A stretch of 62,501 nucleotides of DNA, counting the filler, from Chiloscyllium plagiosum (Eukaryota): the NCBI RefSeq assembly GCF_004010195.1. It is 3 parts of one record of this genome, joined end to end, with 100 filler letters (N's around TTAATTAATTAA, not from the genome) between each part and the next. Parts side by side here need not be neighbours in the genome. Positions count along the whole stretch, not along the records: positions 1 to 23,589 come from NC_057717.1; positions 23,690 to 47,644 come from NC_057717.1; 1 more part is not named here. One strand, written 5' to 3'. Each line of letters opens with the position of its first letter. Within the stretch, counting starts at the first letter, position 1. A program made the translations under genes and the position numbers. Below the pieces are notes generated by a model. The model made no database searches. It saw only the letters and a program-made list of their open reading frames with translations, and was not told the DNA's origin. Of this stretch, positions 13,151-25,653 are shown one piece after another.

Positions 13151-13717
13151 TCCAACAACTTGCCCGTACACTGACACTTCTCCGGCTTTTTGGGTCAATG
13201 CTTCATTTTCTGGTCCTACTTCTCCACTGCCCACAACTAATGTTAAATGTAACTAGGTTGGTGATATGGCCGATGATATAGGTGTCAGACTGTGTCAAGA
13301 TGAGTTTCAGGCATAGGTCAGGCTAGATTCGGCTAACAGCTAAAATAGCACTTTTACGATCCAAAACAATGTTAGTTAAACTGTGATAGAAAGATGAATG
13401 GTAAACTGTTTGGATATTGCAAATATATGATCGATGTTGATCTTTCAAAAACACACACAGACACACACACAAACCGATAAACACCATTTCTGCAATTTTA
13501 ACTTATCAGAACTTCCTCCAACTATTATTGTAACGCATGCCAAAACGAAAGAAAACTGAGAGATTGTCCAAAATGGTATTCTGCTTCTGACGATATTCTA
13601 CTCACACAATGTGATTGCAATAGGATTTCATCCTGGAACAAGTGGGTTTGGCTGAATTCCCTTTGCTTTCGGCATTGAGGAGCTTCCAATGAATTCTGAT
13701 CAGGAATTCTCCACATG

Positions 13718-14040
13718 GGCGTCATGCTGGTTTCGTAGTTCACTCTGCTGCAGCACAGCACACAGGACTTGGGTTTGATTCCAGCCACGCGCAACTGTCT
13801 GTGTGGAGTTTGCACGTGCTCGCTGTTTCTGCGGGAGTTCCTAGCGGGTGTTCCGGTTTCCGCCAACAGGTCAAAGATGTGTAGTTTGGATGAATTGTGC
13901 CATACCAAATTGCCCATAGTGTTCAGGGACGCCGAGTTTAGGTGCGTTGGTTAGGGGTAAGAATAAGGTAGGGGAATGGATCTGAGAAGGTTGGTGTGGA
14001 TTGTTGGGTGAGGAGCTTGTTACAACGCTGTAGGGAATTG
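13718..14040 (+). mobile_element. HE1-type SINE, decayed
   Basis: GGGTTTGATTCCAGCC, CTGTCTGTGTGGAGTTTGCACGT, AAATTGCCCATAGTGTTCAGGGA. Confidence 0.8.
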
Positions 14041-14849
14041 TATAAAACAAGAGAAGTAAAGTTGATAGACGATTTTGTTTTTTAGTTCGTACATACTGCT
14101 GTGATGAGGAACAAGGAAGGAGAGACCGTGCAATAGGCGGTTCCTTTTCGGGCAGATTATATTTTCTTCGTCTCCGAGTAAAATCACACAACAATGTCAT
14201 TCTCTCCCAAACTGTACCTTGTGAGATCTCGTTGTATATTGTCTGAACTACGATTCCATCACATTGTTGCTGCTGTCAGACACAAAGCTATTTCCTTTGC
14301 AGAAAATGGGTCAAGATGTATGGCGTTCTTGTTAACCTCAGTGCTTCCAACGAATTGTTTTCAACATCGAGGGAAACTGAGTTTGCACTGAACGGGACAG
14401 GACATGTCCGCCATCAGGCTATTTTCTTGACCATCTGTGAACTGATACCATGGGATTTTCCGGGTTCTGCTATCAATGTTTGGGAATTCCAGGGCAACCC
14501 CTTTCCTGACTGTATCCCAGGATGCCTGCATTACTGGTTTTCTACCTTGCCAGTGGGACAGGATATACACAGGCATGATGATAGGGCTTTATGAAACATT
14601 ACCCATCAGGCCTGATTTTGTGAGTATGAAGGTGTCAGACTGTTTGCTGACTATGTAAGTATGAGGAAGAAAGGCAAAATTGAAGCAGGGAAAATGGTTT
14701 TAAAAAGCTGAATGAAAGGAATTTTATTTCATTTTTAAAAATATGCTCAGATGGGATTGAGGAATAGATCTGTTTTAATGGCATTAGAGCGACATGGTGA
14801 CAGACTGACCAACACTGGGAACTGAAAATCCAGCAGGTTTTTTATTTCG

Positions 14850-15905
14850 GAGTTTGAGACTAGATTGGGTTGGGATATCTGGTCGGCATGGACGGATTGT
14901 TCTGTTTCCATGCTATACATCTCTATGACTCTATGTCTCTATGAAGAGGAGGTAGGTAGATCTCCCAAAAAGGGATGATATCTGTATGATAGTGAAGGAG
15001 GCTCTGACATCAAACGATCAACGTCTTGCTGAGATGATACCGAGTTTGACAAAGTTTGCTGATGAGAGGCAATGGGTGGTAGAGCAAAGTATGTAGAGGA
15101 TACTGAACGTCTGCAGAGGAATAGAGATAGTTTAAGTGAGTGGGCAATGTTCTGGCAGATGGAGTGCAACGTGGGTAAATGTGAGGTCATCCATTCTGGT
15201 TACGAATAATTATAAAAAGGACTATTTTTAAAATGGTGAAAAATGGCAGCATCCTGCTGTGCAGAGGGACCGGGAGTCCTTCAGCAGGAATCACATAATG
15301 TTGGATTGCAGATAATTTAGAAGGCATATGGAATATTATACTTCATTGCTTAAGGGATGCATTTAAAATTCAGGAGGTAATGTTGGAGCTGTAAATGATG
15401 CCGGTGAGACCACCCCTCGAGTACTGTATTCAGGTTTTGTCTCTTTAATTGAGGAAAAATCGAACGGCACTGTAGTGCATGCATGATTCTAGATTTGAGA
15501 ACTTTGAATCATGAGAAGAAGATAAGTTGACTGAGACTATACTCATTGGAGTTTAGAAATATGATTGATGATCTTATAGAAACATAAAATTATGAAGAGA
15601 AGATAGAAACAGGGAGGATGTTACCACTGATGGATGAAAATCAAAGTAAGTACAATATGCTTAAAATTATGCGGAACAGATTGAGATCTGATTTGAGGAG
15701 GAACATCTTCACCTGAATGCGTGGAATTCCCTGCTGAGTGAAGTAGTTGAGGCTACTTCACTCAATGTTTTGAAGGCAAAGTTAGATTTTGGAAAGCGGG
15801 GAAGTGGAGCTGAGTCTATGAAAAGATCCGTTATGATTGCATTGAAGGTCGGAGCGAACTTGAGGGGCGGGTTGCATACTCCGACTTGTATTCCTTATCT
15901 TCTTA
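14850..15905 (+). mobile_element. CR1 fragments (RT to 3' end)
   Basis: KFADER, WQMECNVGKCEVIH, 3' UTR remnant. Confidence 0.75.
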
Positions 15906-16714
15906 TGGATTAATCTTACATTTTTAATTCAAAGTGCCAAACAAGTTGAGTTTGGAGTAGATTCCCAGTGTAAAGCTGGGTGGGTCTCACGAAAATCACC
16001 AAATTAATTAGGATTCGAGCCCAGACAGTGAGAATCACTTTGCGCTTCCCCCAACTTCTTACAGCACGCCATTCCCAGAACACCTCCCCACTCAGTTGGG
16101 AGCGTGAACTTCTCCAGGATCCCGGGAAACAGTGCCATTTTGAAAATGCATAGTGCACTGGAATAGCACAGTCCTGCACAGCCCCTGATATTTAGCCTGC
16201 ATGTGCCAGGCTGGAGGACAATACTGCCTTCCCCACCATGTATTGTGGACATGGGCATGCCGCTCCTCCTGGGTGGGGAGGGTCAAAGGCAGGACTTGCA
16301 TTTCCCCCCAGGACCAGGGAGTGGTTTCCATGACACTTGACCATGCCTGCCTGCTCCTACGTTGCCCCGCAGATTAGAGCAGGCTCAGCCATGGGGAGGA
16401 ATGGATAATTTTGTAGGGAAATCATTGTCCTTCACTTCGCCACTCTAAGTGGAGACCCATGGAAAATCTCATCATTCCCCTTGAGAAGAATAAATACGAG
16501 GCATCAAGATTGTCCTAACATCAAGAAAAGCGCCAGGAAACATCTTGACAAGTCTGCCATTAATCTCATGACAGCCCACAGTGCTTAGATTACACAGAAA
16601 CAGTTCGGGCTGGAGCTTATAAACAGCAAGGAGAAGAAACAATACTTGTGGCAGTTATGTAACGAAGGCAAAACCGCAGAGCAAATTTTGTGCATGCAAT
16701 AAATGGAATTAGAT

Positions 16715-16860
16715 GCGCAAAAGATTGCTGAAAATTCTCAACGGGTCTCTTCGCATCTGTCAGAAGAAGGCAGAGCTAAAAGTTCGAATCTGGGATTCAT
16801 CATCAGAACAGAATTTGTTTCAGATCTCCAACATGGGCAGCTTTTTGCTTAATTTTAGAT
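16715..16860 (-). mobile_element. Penelope pLTR-like mini-element with degenerate hammerhead
   Basis: Minus strand CTGATGA-T-GAATC-CCA-GATTC-GAAC (16806->16782): intact first core box and 5-bp stem II, GAAA box mutated. Confidence 0.55.
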
Positions 16861-17115
16861 CAGCAATTATTGTGCATACAGCAATATAAATGAATTACTT
16901 GGTCTGAGAAGGGGAGAAAGGGGTGAGGGAAGAAGTGCGGGAAATTGCTGAGTTACAGCTGAAGACAGGTCAATCAAAGGATGGGGGTATTGTGAATCCT
17001 CGGGTGATGATAAAGAGGGCATGTCGGAGGTACCCAACTGGTGTTCAACATCATCTGAACAGATGTGAATGTAACAGACAATATGGGCAAATGCAGGCAC
17101 TCTGGGTCTATTACT

Positions 17116-17465
17116 GGGGTGGCACCGTGGCTCAATGGTTAGCGCTGCTGGCTCAAGGCACCAAACATTCGATTCCACCCTTGGCTGAGTGTCTGTGTGA
17201 GATTTGTGCATTCTCCCTGGGTCGGCGTGGTTAACCTGTGGGTGGTGGGCTTTCCACCCACAGACCAATAATGCATTGTTTCGGTGCAGTGGACTTGCAA
17301 ACTTGCCCCACCGGATCCAAAGAGGTGCAGGCTAGGTAGGTTAGCTGTGGGAAATGCCGGGATGCCGGGGTAATGAATGGTTGTTTCTGATAGTACGCTA
17401 TTTGGATGGTCAGTGTGGAAGAATGTGCCAAATGGCCAGTTTCCACTCTGCATGGCTTCTATTCT
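17116..17465 (+). mobile_element. HE1-type SINE, decayed
   Basis: GGGGTGGCACCGTGGCTCAATGGTTAGCGCTGCTG head; V-domain remnant. Confidence 0.8.
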
Positions 17466-17539
17466 TTTTATTTACATGTCAGTGTTTAGCTGAGTCTCGC
17501 AGGAACTTTCCTGTAGTGCTGCCATGATTTAAGTTCCCG

Positions 17540-18960
17540 AAATACTACGCCTTAAATTCGTCTAAAATACACTCTATCAGCCGCTCATTGGCCCTTTGGC
17601 CCATCTGACCAGGGTCGCATTTTAGTCTGAGTTAACCATCTTCACTGACCGCGGCACCACCAATTTTGATTTTATATGCAAACTCTCAAACAATTCTTTC
17701 AATATCCACATCCAAGTCATTCATTTAAATGGCAAAGCCCATTGTATCCTTGTGCACATTGCTGGTCAAATGCCTCCTGTCCAAAAAACAACAGACCACC
17801 ACAGCCTGCGTCTCTTACCTTAGAAGCAGTTGCCCCCAGCTGTCCATGGATTCCATGTAATCTAACTTTGCTCACCAGTTTACCATGAGGAACCTTGTCA
17901 TATTCCTTAATGAAGTCCATGTGATCAATCTCCACTGTTGTACCTTGATGAATCCTCTTTGTAACTTTTTCAAAAGACTCAATCAAGTTGGTGAGACATG
18001 ATTTCCCATCTGAAAATCCATGTTGACTATCTCTAATTGTCCTTTGCTTTCCAAACACAAGAAAATCCTGTCCTTCGGGATGCCATCCAAAAACTTACTC
18101 ACGACTGACGACAGGCTCACCGGTCTATAATTTAGTGGCTTTTCCTTCCCACCTTTCTTCACTAACGGTGCAACATTAGCCACTCTCTTGTCTTCCAGAA
18201 GTTCACCTGGACTAGCAATGATACAAGTATCTCAACAAGGTGCCCAACAATTACTTCCCTAACTTCTCAAAGCATTCTCGGTACATTTGATCAGGTCCCA
18301 AGAACTTATCTACCTTTATGCAATTTAAGAATTCCAGATCATCCTCTTCGGTGATTTGGATACTTACCAAGACATCATTGTTTATTTTCCCAATTCATCC
18401 ACCTTCAATATCGTTACTCACAGTGGATACTAATGTGAAATATTCTTTTAGTATCTCACACAACTCCTGTGGTTCAATAAATGCGTGGCCTTGCTGAATC
18501 TGTAAAGGGGCTCTATTCTCGCCTGAGCTACTTATTTGACTTTTACGCATTTGTAGAATCTCTTTGGATTCTTCTTTATCCTATTTGCCAACGACACCTC
18601 ATATCTGCATTTTGCCCTCCTAAATTCCCTCTTGAGCATTATCCTAATGCCCTTGTAGTCCTGGATGGATTCACACGATTCCTGGTGTCAATTTTTTTCA
18701 TTTCCCTCCTTCTTTTTCTTGACTGCAGCCTCAATTTCGCTCGCCACCAAGCATGCCCCACAACCATCAGCGTTACACTCCTCATGAACAGGAACATACT
18801 GTTTCTAGACTCTGTAATCTTGTTTGTGAAGGCCTCCCACTTTCCTGCCGCTAACCTCTCACAAGCAGCTTTACAAAGTGCTTGCCTAAAGCGTTCAACA
18901 TTGGGCTGACTCTATATAGGATTTTAACATCGGCGTCAGGACCATTCAACTCCATAAGTA
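17540..18960 (-). mobile_element. CR1 LINE ORF2 fragment
   Basis: ANVAPLVKKGGKEKPLNYRPVSLSSVVSK; SQHGFSDGKSCLTNLIESFEKVT..MDFIKEYDKVPH. Confidence 0.9.
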
Positions 18961-19688
18961 CTTTACAACTAATAGTTACTGCATAACAGGGACAAGAAGC
19001 AGAATTACGTCCTTCTGTCCCTGTGTTACAGACTCAGGAAGCAATTCCATCCCTCTGTAACAGCACAATGAGGCTGAATGCCCTCCTCCTATCCCTTTGT
19101 AACAGGCACGATGAGGACAAAATTGATTCCTCCTGATCCTGAGGAGCTGTCTCTGAATGATGTCTTAAGGTTATGAAAGAATTTGATAACGGTTAACTTA
19201 AAACCGGGAGCAGCAGTACACAAAGTCAATTGGCAATAAATATTGTACCGGAGATTATGTTCTCTGGAAATGTCCCCACCAGTCAACTTATGCAGCTGGT
19301 CTGTTACTGCATCTCTGATCTCTTTTTAATACAGTGTGGAACATATACTACCTTGCAGTGTTCTGATAATATTGCCACATACACGGAGGAAAGAGTAAAA
19401 AGATTGACAAAATTATGGTCCATCCTTAAGCAACCTTCATCCATTCTATCCAGCCCGACGAAACACGCCCTTTTATTGTGATTTGCAAAGTAATGTAAGG
19501 AACGTGTTAACTGAGCTTGTTTCTTCGGTGTCTGTGATTGATGTCTGTCTCCATGGATTCTCATTATCCCAGTGGAGGGTTCACATCTTTTAATGATAAA
19601 TGGACACCATTCAATATGTTCTCCCACTGTGTGAGTTGGAGCATTTCGGAAAACACTACCAGGGATCAGCAGCTCCAGAGAGAGGGGG

Positions 19689-19872
19689 ATGAGAGATCAG
19701 AATCTGAGAACATTAAACTGGAATATTACAACAATGGACAGGAGTTTATCATTCTATATTCTGATCCTTTCTAAATATTATGATAAAGTGTCATTACCAT
19801 CTCGGATCGAATATGCACTTTACATTGTTCAATACTTTTTTTATCCTATCCTAGTTATTGTTGGTCTCCCCG
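19689..19872 (+). CDS. First coding exon of a GPR139/GPR142-like class A GPCR (N-terminus plus TM1); exon 2 not seen
   Basis: MRDQNLRTLNWNITTMDRSL...IEYALYIVQYFFYPILVIVGLP followed by a phase-1 donor G|GTAAGT at 19873; N-glycosylation sequon NIT; the YP.L..VG.P TM1 end with an intron at this position is typical of GPR139-type genes. Confidence 0.75.
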
Positions 19873-20063
19873 GTAAGTCCCACTCTTCAGTCATTACTTG
19901 TATAAACCGTTTGTGAATGTAATGCTGTTTTTGTGATTGACTCTACTGTTCTTGAACCTGTTATTGTCCCTTCTGAGGTTCTGTATTCAGATATTCACTC
20001 CACAGACTGGTACGAACCGCACCAGGGAACTTGTTTATTCACGCTTTCCCTCTTTGGTTCTGA

Positions 20064-20172
20064 CTTGGAGGTGCCAATGTTGCACTGGGATGAACAAATT
20101 TAAAATCACACAACATTAGGTAATAGTCAAAATAGACCTGTTGACGATTACCTGGTGTTGTGTGGCTTTTCC
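20064..20172. mobile_element. Internally deleted palindromic mini-element (same family as 61378-61588)
   Basis: TGGAGGTGCCAATGTTGCACTGGG..AAAATCACACAACATTAGG..ACCTGGTGTTGTGTGGCTTTT; arms homologous to the 61.4-kb element, ribozyme centre missing. Confidence 0.65.
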
Positions 20173-20199
20173 TCTTTCCTTTTGTCCGTGCCCCTCGTG

Positions 20200-20770
20200 G
20201 ATGTCTATGTTGACCTACTCAGTTTCAGTTGTGATCCACGATTCATTCTATCACTTCCCATCATTATTTAAGTATGGGGAACATGCAGGTCACCGTCTAC
20301 TGGTTCTGGTCATAAACACCACATCCGTCCCCTGACTCCATCCCATTCTTGGCCGATATCTGAAGCTGAAAAACTGAAGAATCACAGACCCAGTTATCCC
20401 TTTGGCCATGAGCTGATTCCTGACACCATACCCAGACCATTCCTATTTTCAACTACAAACAACTCAACAATAAACTTCCGTGGCTCATCCCATCTGCTAT
20501 TTGAACCTTGAGCTATGAAATACCGTCATAATGTTCGCAATAATCTGCTGTTGACACTCACTGCTTCAAACCTGCAGAAACAAATCTGAGTCAATACTCC
20601 ATGGCTCGTATTTGTAATCACACTAAAATCCCATCCAGCCGTCATTCCTGTGTGCACTGACCTATTTTGGTATTGGGTCTGGAAATGCAATTAATTTAAT
20701 ATTTCAAGCACATCCTCACATCTGTCTATGAACCTTGCCGTCGTCTCTCTCTGTCCATTATCCCAATCCC
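20200..20770 (+). mobile_element. L2 LINE 3' fragment, very old
   Basis: Degenerate Q..MARICNHTK..VIPVCTDLFW, resembling the L2 ORF2 motif QNSAAR..HITP.L..LHW. Confidence 0.45.
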
Positions 20771-21720
20771 TGCCCGTTGTTCATATTTAAATTGATTACC
20801 TGCGTGTGTGATATCTCTCTGAAAATGACTTCCACATCTCTCACTGCCCCAGACACACACACGCATGCATACATAAAACTCCTTGCCTTGAGCTGACGCT
20901 TGGAGGTACAGAGACATAAGTTTGTGGCATCCCCATTTACTGTCACTTGCAGTATGGACTGCAAATCTTCCCAGACTTGGCAGGTATCCAGTGCAAGTGC
21001 AGCAGCAATATACTGGCAAAGGTTTGCAATGCTTCCCATGCTGGGCAGATGGTCCAGCTTACTGAGAAATACGGTAGCATAGTCTGAACAGTTCCCCATT
21101 CTGGGCTGTTACCTTGTCCCAGTTTATAGAGTCTAGGCTGTTCTGTGTGGTACATGCAGAATCGAATGCAGTAAACCATTTCAACACATCTGGCAATGTT
21201 TAGCTCAAGGTCTAACTCCTGCAGTTAGTCCCACTGCCCTGTCTTTTCTTTCCCCTCATGATTCCACATCATGTTCCCAGTTAATGAATTGGTTCTTTCT
21301 AACTTCCATGTGAATCTCCCTCTGTATCCTTCCCTGGCCTTAGTTTATGGCTCCTGAGTGTATCGAGTGCTGGCATTATGAAGCTCAGGAACAATGAATT
21401 GGTGTGTGCTGGGCTGTTGTTCAGTTCCTGGTGTGCTCCATGTGGTGCTCTATGTTGGACAGGAGAGTTCCAAACGTTTTGGGGGATGCGTTTTTAAATT
21501 TGTCTGTGCCTGCACAGTGAACGCTTGTGTTTGTCCCCACAGCTCATCCTGTGGTCAGTAACATTAGGAACCCCCTTGATTATTATTGTTAAGGACCAGG
21601 CAGCTAGGTTGTGGCTGAGTGGCTTCTGACTGTCTCCTATTATGGAAAAGTTAGTGGAGGTCATTCTCAGAAAATTTAATATTTAATGGATCAATCTGCT
21701 CATCCCTCCTTAAGTTAACG

Positions 21721-21795
21721 TGCCACGTTAGCTCATTGGGTAAAGTGCCTGCTAAGTAAACAGGTAGACTTGGAGTCCAAAACCTGGTAGTGCCT
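21721..21795 (+). pseudogene. tRNA-Thr(AGT) relic
   Basis: TAAAGTGCCTGCTAAGTAAACAGG...GTGCCT aligns by eye with vertebrate tRNA-Thr(AGT) TAAAGCGCCTGTCTAGTAAACAGG...GTGCCT; B box degraded. Confidence 0.65.
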
Positions 21796-21986
21796 ACATC
21801 GCTCATTAATCATTCCTTGCTTAAACCTCTCTCAAATGCAATGTTGCTGTACCATCAGGTTTCTGATCCAGCCTGGTGCTCTGCAAGTAGACAGCTAATG
21901 GTTGACCGTGAATCCTGTGTTTGAAGGTAACAGTGCTTCCACACCTTTTGCCTGGATTTGTCCCCCACCAGAGAATGTCTTCAGAT

Positions 21987-22070
21987 AAGGTGATGGTGCA
22001 CTCGTATTAACACTGCAGGCAGTGATGCAGTAATGCCCTCAGGCGGTCAATTCAAAACCTGATCATGGTT
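21987..22070 (+). pseudogene. Possible tRNA-His(GTG) relic
   Basis: GTGATGGT..CTGC..GTG..GCAGTAA..TTCAAAACCTGATCATGG resembles His GTGATCGT..CTGC..GTG..GCAGCAA..TTCGAATCCGAGTCACGG, with an insertion. Confidence 0.3.
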
Positions 22071-22082
22071 TCAGTTCAGTGT

Positions 22083-22164
22083 AGGAGCATGTTCGAGCAG
22101 GCTAATGCACAGGATTTAAGCTTCAGTCTGAAAGTAGGTGTGGGTTTGAGTCCCACTACTGCCA
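22083..22164 (+). pseudogene. tRNA-Leu (TAG/AAG-type body) relic
   Basis: 82 nt colinear with GGTAGCGTGGCCGAGCGGTCTAAGGCGCTGGATTTAGGCTCCAGTCT...GGCGTGGGTTCGAATCCCACCGCTGCCA; anticodon position reads TAA; stems disrupted. Confidence 0.7.
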
Positions 22165-22409
22165 CTTGTGCTGATAACGTGATATGCTGAATCTTGGTGC
22201 GAGTGAGTTCTGTTTAAATTGAACTCAACAAAATGTAATCTGTTTGTTGCAAAGTGATCTATGATAAGACATAAGACAGCAACTTCAGTGGGTCAGCGGC
22301 CACACTGCGTTTCTGCAGTGAAGTGGTTGTCACATTCAATTGACATGGAACGGTCCCTGGACAGAAAAAATGCTGTGCTGCTACTTCATTGTGTCAGCAA
22401 GTTGTGTTG

Positions 22410-22716
22410 CCCACGCTGGGTATCTCAGTGCTTAGCGCTGCTGCCTCATAGCATGGGTTCAACTCCAGCCTCAGGTCATTGTCTGTGCGGATTTTGTACG
22501 TTTCCTCCCACAGTCATAAGATGTGCAGGACAGGTGAATTGACCATGATAAATTACACCTAATGTCTGGGGATGTGCAGTCGAGGTGCATTATTCATGGA
22601 AAATATAGGGTTACAGAGTTTGGTTTGTGGTGAGTTTGGTTGAGATGGTCTTCGGTGGATCACTTTGGAGTCTTCTGGTCAAATGACCTGCTTCCACACT
22701 GTAGGGATTCTATGAT
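22410..22716 (+). mobile_element. HE1-type SINE, decayed
   Basis: GGGTTCAACTCCAGCCTCAGG, V-domain, tail TTCCACACTGTAGGGATTCTATGATT. Confidence 0.8.
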
Positions 22717-23469
22717 TAACACCTTCATTGCAGAAATACTTTGAGGAAACAATCCATCAGTAAATTCCAATATCCTTTCCTCAGAAAGGATATTAAGTCT
22801 GTACAAACTACTCCAGAGGTGATATCAATAATATCCTGTACAGCTGCAGCAGCATTTCACCACCCAGGTTAGAACAGTCTCAGTTTTCTGGAGAATGCAC
22901 AAAATTGTTGAAAGTTCATTGTCCTTCTGCACCAACACAAAGGGAACACTCTTGAAAATGTTTCAATGACACTTGAGAAGAACAGGTAAGTTCTGGTGCG
23001 ATGATATCAATGTTGAGATATGCCTCACCAAACATCTCGCCCAAATCAAACATTAATCTCCCCAAAACCAGCATCATTCAGATTCCACAGTATCTGGTTT
23101 GGTGGAGCTCAGAAAGAGCAAGGAGAAGGAAGCATTGACAGGAGTTAGATATCAAAGAAAAAATTTGTTATACAAATGTTGGGTATGTTACAAAACAGGA
23201 AAACAGAAATGCAAGACTGTGGTTTTTGCAGATATGATGGAGACATTCAATTGCATCTCAACTGTGTTAATGCTACTGAATGGTACTCGTGGGAGAGATG
23301 GATTTCATGAATGTGTATGAGCGTGTTTCCATTAACCAGAAGAGGTAATTGCAAAACTTGTGATAAAGGAACTTTTAGGAATAGTGATCTTAATATATTG
23401 AATTTCGTATGACGTCATCAATACAAACCCATACCTTTTTCTTAAATTACACACACATATATATATATA

Positions 23470-23589
23470 GGAGGAGAAAGTGAGGTCTGCAGATGCTGAA
23501 GATCAGAGTTGAAAACGTGTTGCTGGAACAGCGCAGCAGGTCAGGCAGCATCCAGGGAACAGGAGAATCGACGTTTCGGGCATAAGCCC
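23470..23589 (-). mobile_element. Young pLTR-like mini-element arm, truncated by scaffold end inside its hammerhead
   Basis: Minus strand GGGC-TTAT-GCCC-GAAA-C-GTC-GATTC; same family as 35786-35981. Confidence 0.8.
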
Positions 23590-23689
23590 NNNNNNNNNNN
23601 NNNNNNNNNNNNNNNNNNNNNNNNNNNNNNNNNTTAATTAATTAANNNNNNNNNNNNNNNNNNNNNNNNNNNNNNNNNNNNNNNNNNNN
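23590..23689. other. Artificial 100-bp scaffold linker
   Basis: 44 N + TTAATTAATTAA (stops in all six frames) + 44 N. Confidence 0.9.
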
Positions 23690-24008
23690 GAAGACAACGG
23701 CAGACAAACTGCAGATTTATTTTGCATGTATCCGCACACAGGGCTCATTATTGGTGACATAGATGGGTATGCAATTGCTGGGATAAGAATGCCCCCACCT
23801 TTCGACAATGAAAGTCCCAGCCTATACTTTGGAAGTGGAACCCTAATCGAGGATAACTGCTATTACACGAAATGCAGTCTGAAGCTGGAAATCGCTGACA
23901 CCAAGTTTTTGGAATCCTCCTCTTTTTTAAAGCTCAGAGTGTCTTTGCATTTCGACAGCATCTTTGGCTGTTCACAAAGATATTTCTGAGTTGATACGGT
24001 TCATAATC

Positions 24009-24140
24009 TAAAATTAGGGCCTGGCCATACAAGGTGCATGCTCAGAAGCACTTTCACCCACAGATTCGTCTGATAAAATTAGGGCCTGGCCATACAAGGT
24101 GCATGCTCAGAAGCACTTTCACCCACAGAATTCGTCTGAT
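24009..24140. repeat. 65-bp tandem duplication within an old CR1 3' fragment
   Basis: TAAAATTAGGGCCTGGCCATACAAGG...TTCGTCTGAT twice, differing by one A. Confidence 0.95.
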
Positions 24141-25653
24141 GTTTGGAACTCCCTTTTACAAGTGGCAGCGGATACAGCACGATTTGTTCACATTAAACCT
24201 GAGATTTTATCTTCTTCAGCTGACTTTTTAAGGGATATGGGCCAAAGGCAGGTAAATGGATTTTGGCCTCCGATCAGCCGTAATTTCTTTAAATGTTGGA
24301 ACGGCATCGAAGGGCTCAAAGTTCCTCAAACTTTACTGTTTCGTTATCATATATCTCAAAGATTCCACTGACCTTTTGATGAGGAAGCATTTATGCCGTT
24401 GGCCTCTGATGCCTCTGAATTAAATTCAGTGCATGGTTTTTAAAAGGTAACCTGGCCTTGATAAGAGATGAAATTGTATCTTGTCTGTGTTGTCCTCTTG
24501 CCAGTGTCAGGAGAATAAGAGAGTTTTAGTCTCAGGTCGTAAGTTTGACACCCTCATTGCATAGTGTTCCATTGAAAATCTCTGTTTTGAGCTGAAAATT
24601 GGCTTTTTATTCCATTGGCAGTGTCATCCTATTCGAAGTGAGCTTGAATACTGTTCTGCTTACTAATGCCTCCGTTGCTGGTTCAAAGTTCAAACAGGAG
24701 TGAATGAGAGGTTAGTTTGTAGATGTGGCTTAATGTTGACTGACCGGGGGCACTTTAAATTTGAACACTTATAATCACATCCTGACACCAATAAGTGACT
24801 CAATCACAGAATTAGAATGGTCAAAATGTTACATGAATCAAATGCAACCCATTCAGATAAAAAAAAACACTCAAATGAGATGGATTGGATTCGTATCTGA
24901 TTTCCTCCCAGTTGTGAGAATTGAGTGCACATGTGTGCGGTCACAGGTGTTCAGGCAGACAGGTTTTGGAGAAAGTTCACACTGTCCTCACTCAAAACAA
25001 CCCAGACTAGAAATGAACTACTCTTCTCAAAGAGTGTCTCTGGCATGGGGCAGACGGTGGCGTCCAGCACAATACGTATACAAGGTAAATCTGAAACATT
25101 GTCAATAATCTCCAGGCAGTAGTATGAAATGATGTAGACTCTGGAAGATTCTATATAAATTCTCCATCCCCCGAAGATCCACAGCATTGATATATCGGAA
25201 AAACGGGCGGCCATTTGGGCCTTTAAGCCTGTGTTTTCCTTTTGATACAATGATTGATGATCATCATACTCAATGCCCTACTCCCGCGTTCACAGCAGCG
25301 AAGTGTAACCACGACATTCATGCTGATACAGGTGTTTTAAAAATGTCCAGTTGTGTCGAGTCTACAAAAGCAACCTTTACTCCAGTCAATCAAGGCTAAA
25401 CCATCAGCAATATGATGGAAGCGAATAATAACTGTGCTTTGTGGCTGTACTCAGTCAACAATAAGCAGCTCTCTGATGCTGTGTGTTCCATCAGATGCAC
25501 TTAGCATTTGTCCTCATTGCAGTATTGAACCAACATGGATAAAATGCTGCAATCAAAAGGCAAGGTGAGACTGACTGCCCGTGGCATTAAGGCTGACTAA
25601 GACATTGAAGAGCTTATGCAAAACTGGAGTCAATAGGAATCAAAGGAAACCCT

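Noticed and set aside
14303..14620. Exon-like block (acceptor TTTCCTTTGCAG, donor GTGAGT) with GNPF..C motif
   Set aside because: All frames have stops between the sites; LRRCT or xanthine-oxidase resemblance is too weak
23634..23645. Palindromic TTAATTAATTAA as a biological site
   Set aside because: Embedded in Ns and repeated identically at 47689; synthetic linker
23726..23989. YFGSGT motif resembling an Ig/TCR J segment
   Set aside because: No RSS heptamer/nonamer upstream, no splice donor after it, no TxLxV ending
24009..24140. Near-perfect 65-bp duplication as a functional repeat
   Set aside because: Lies in an old CR1 close to a scaffold start; simple slippage or assembly overlap is more likely
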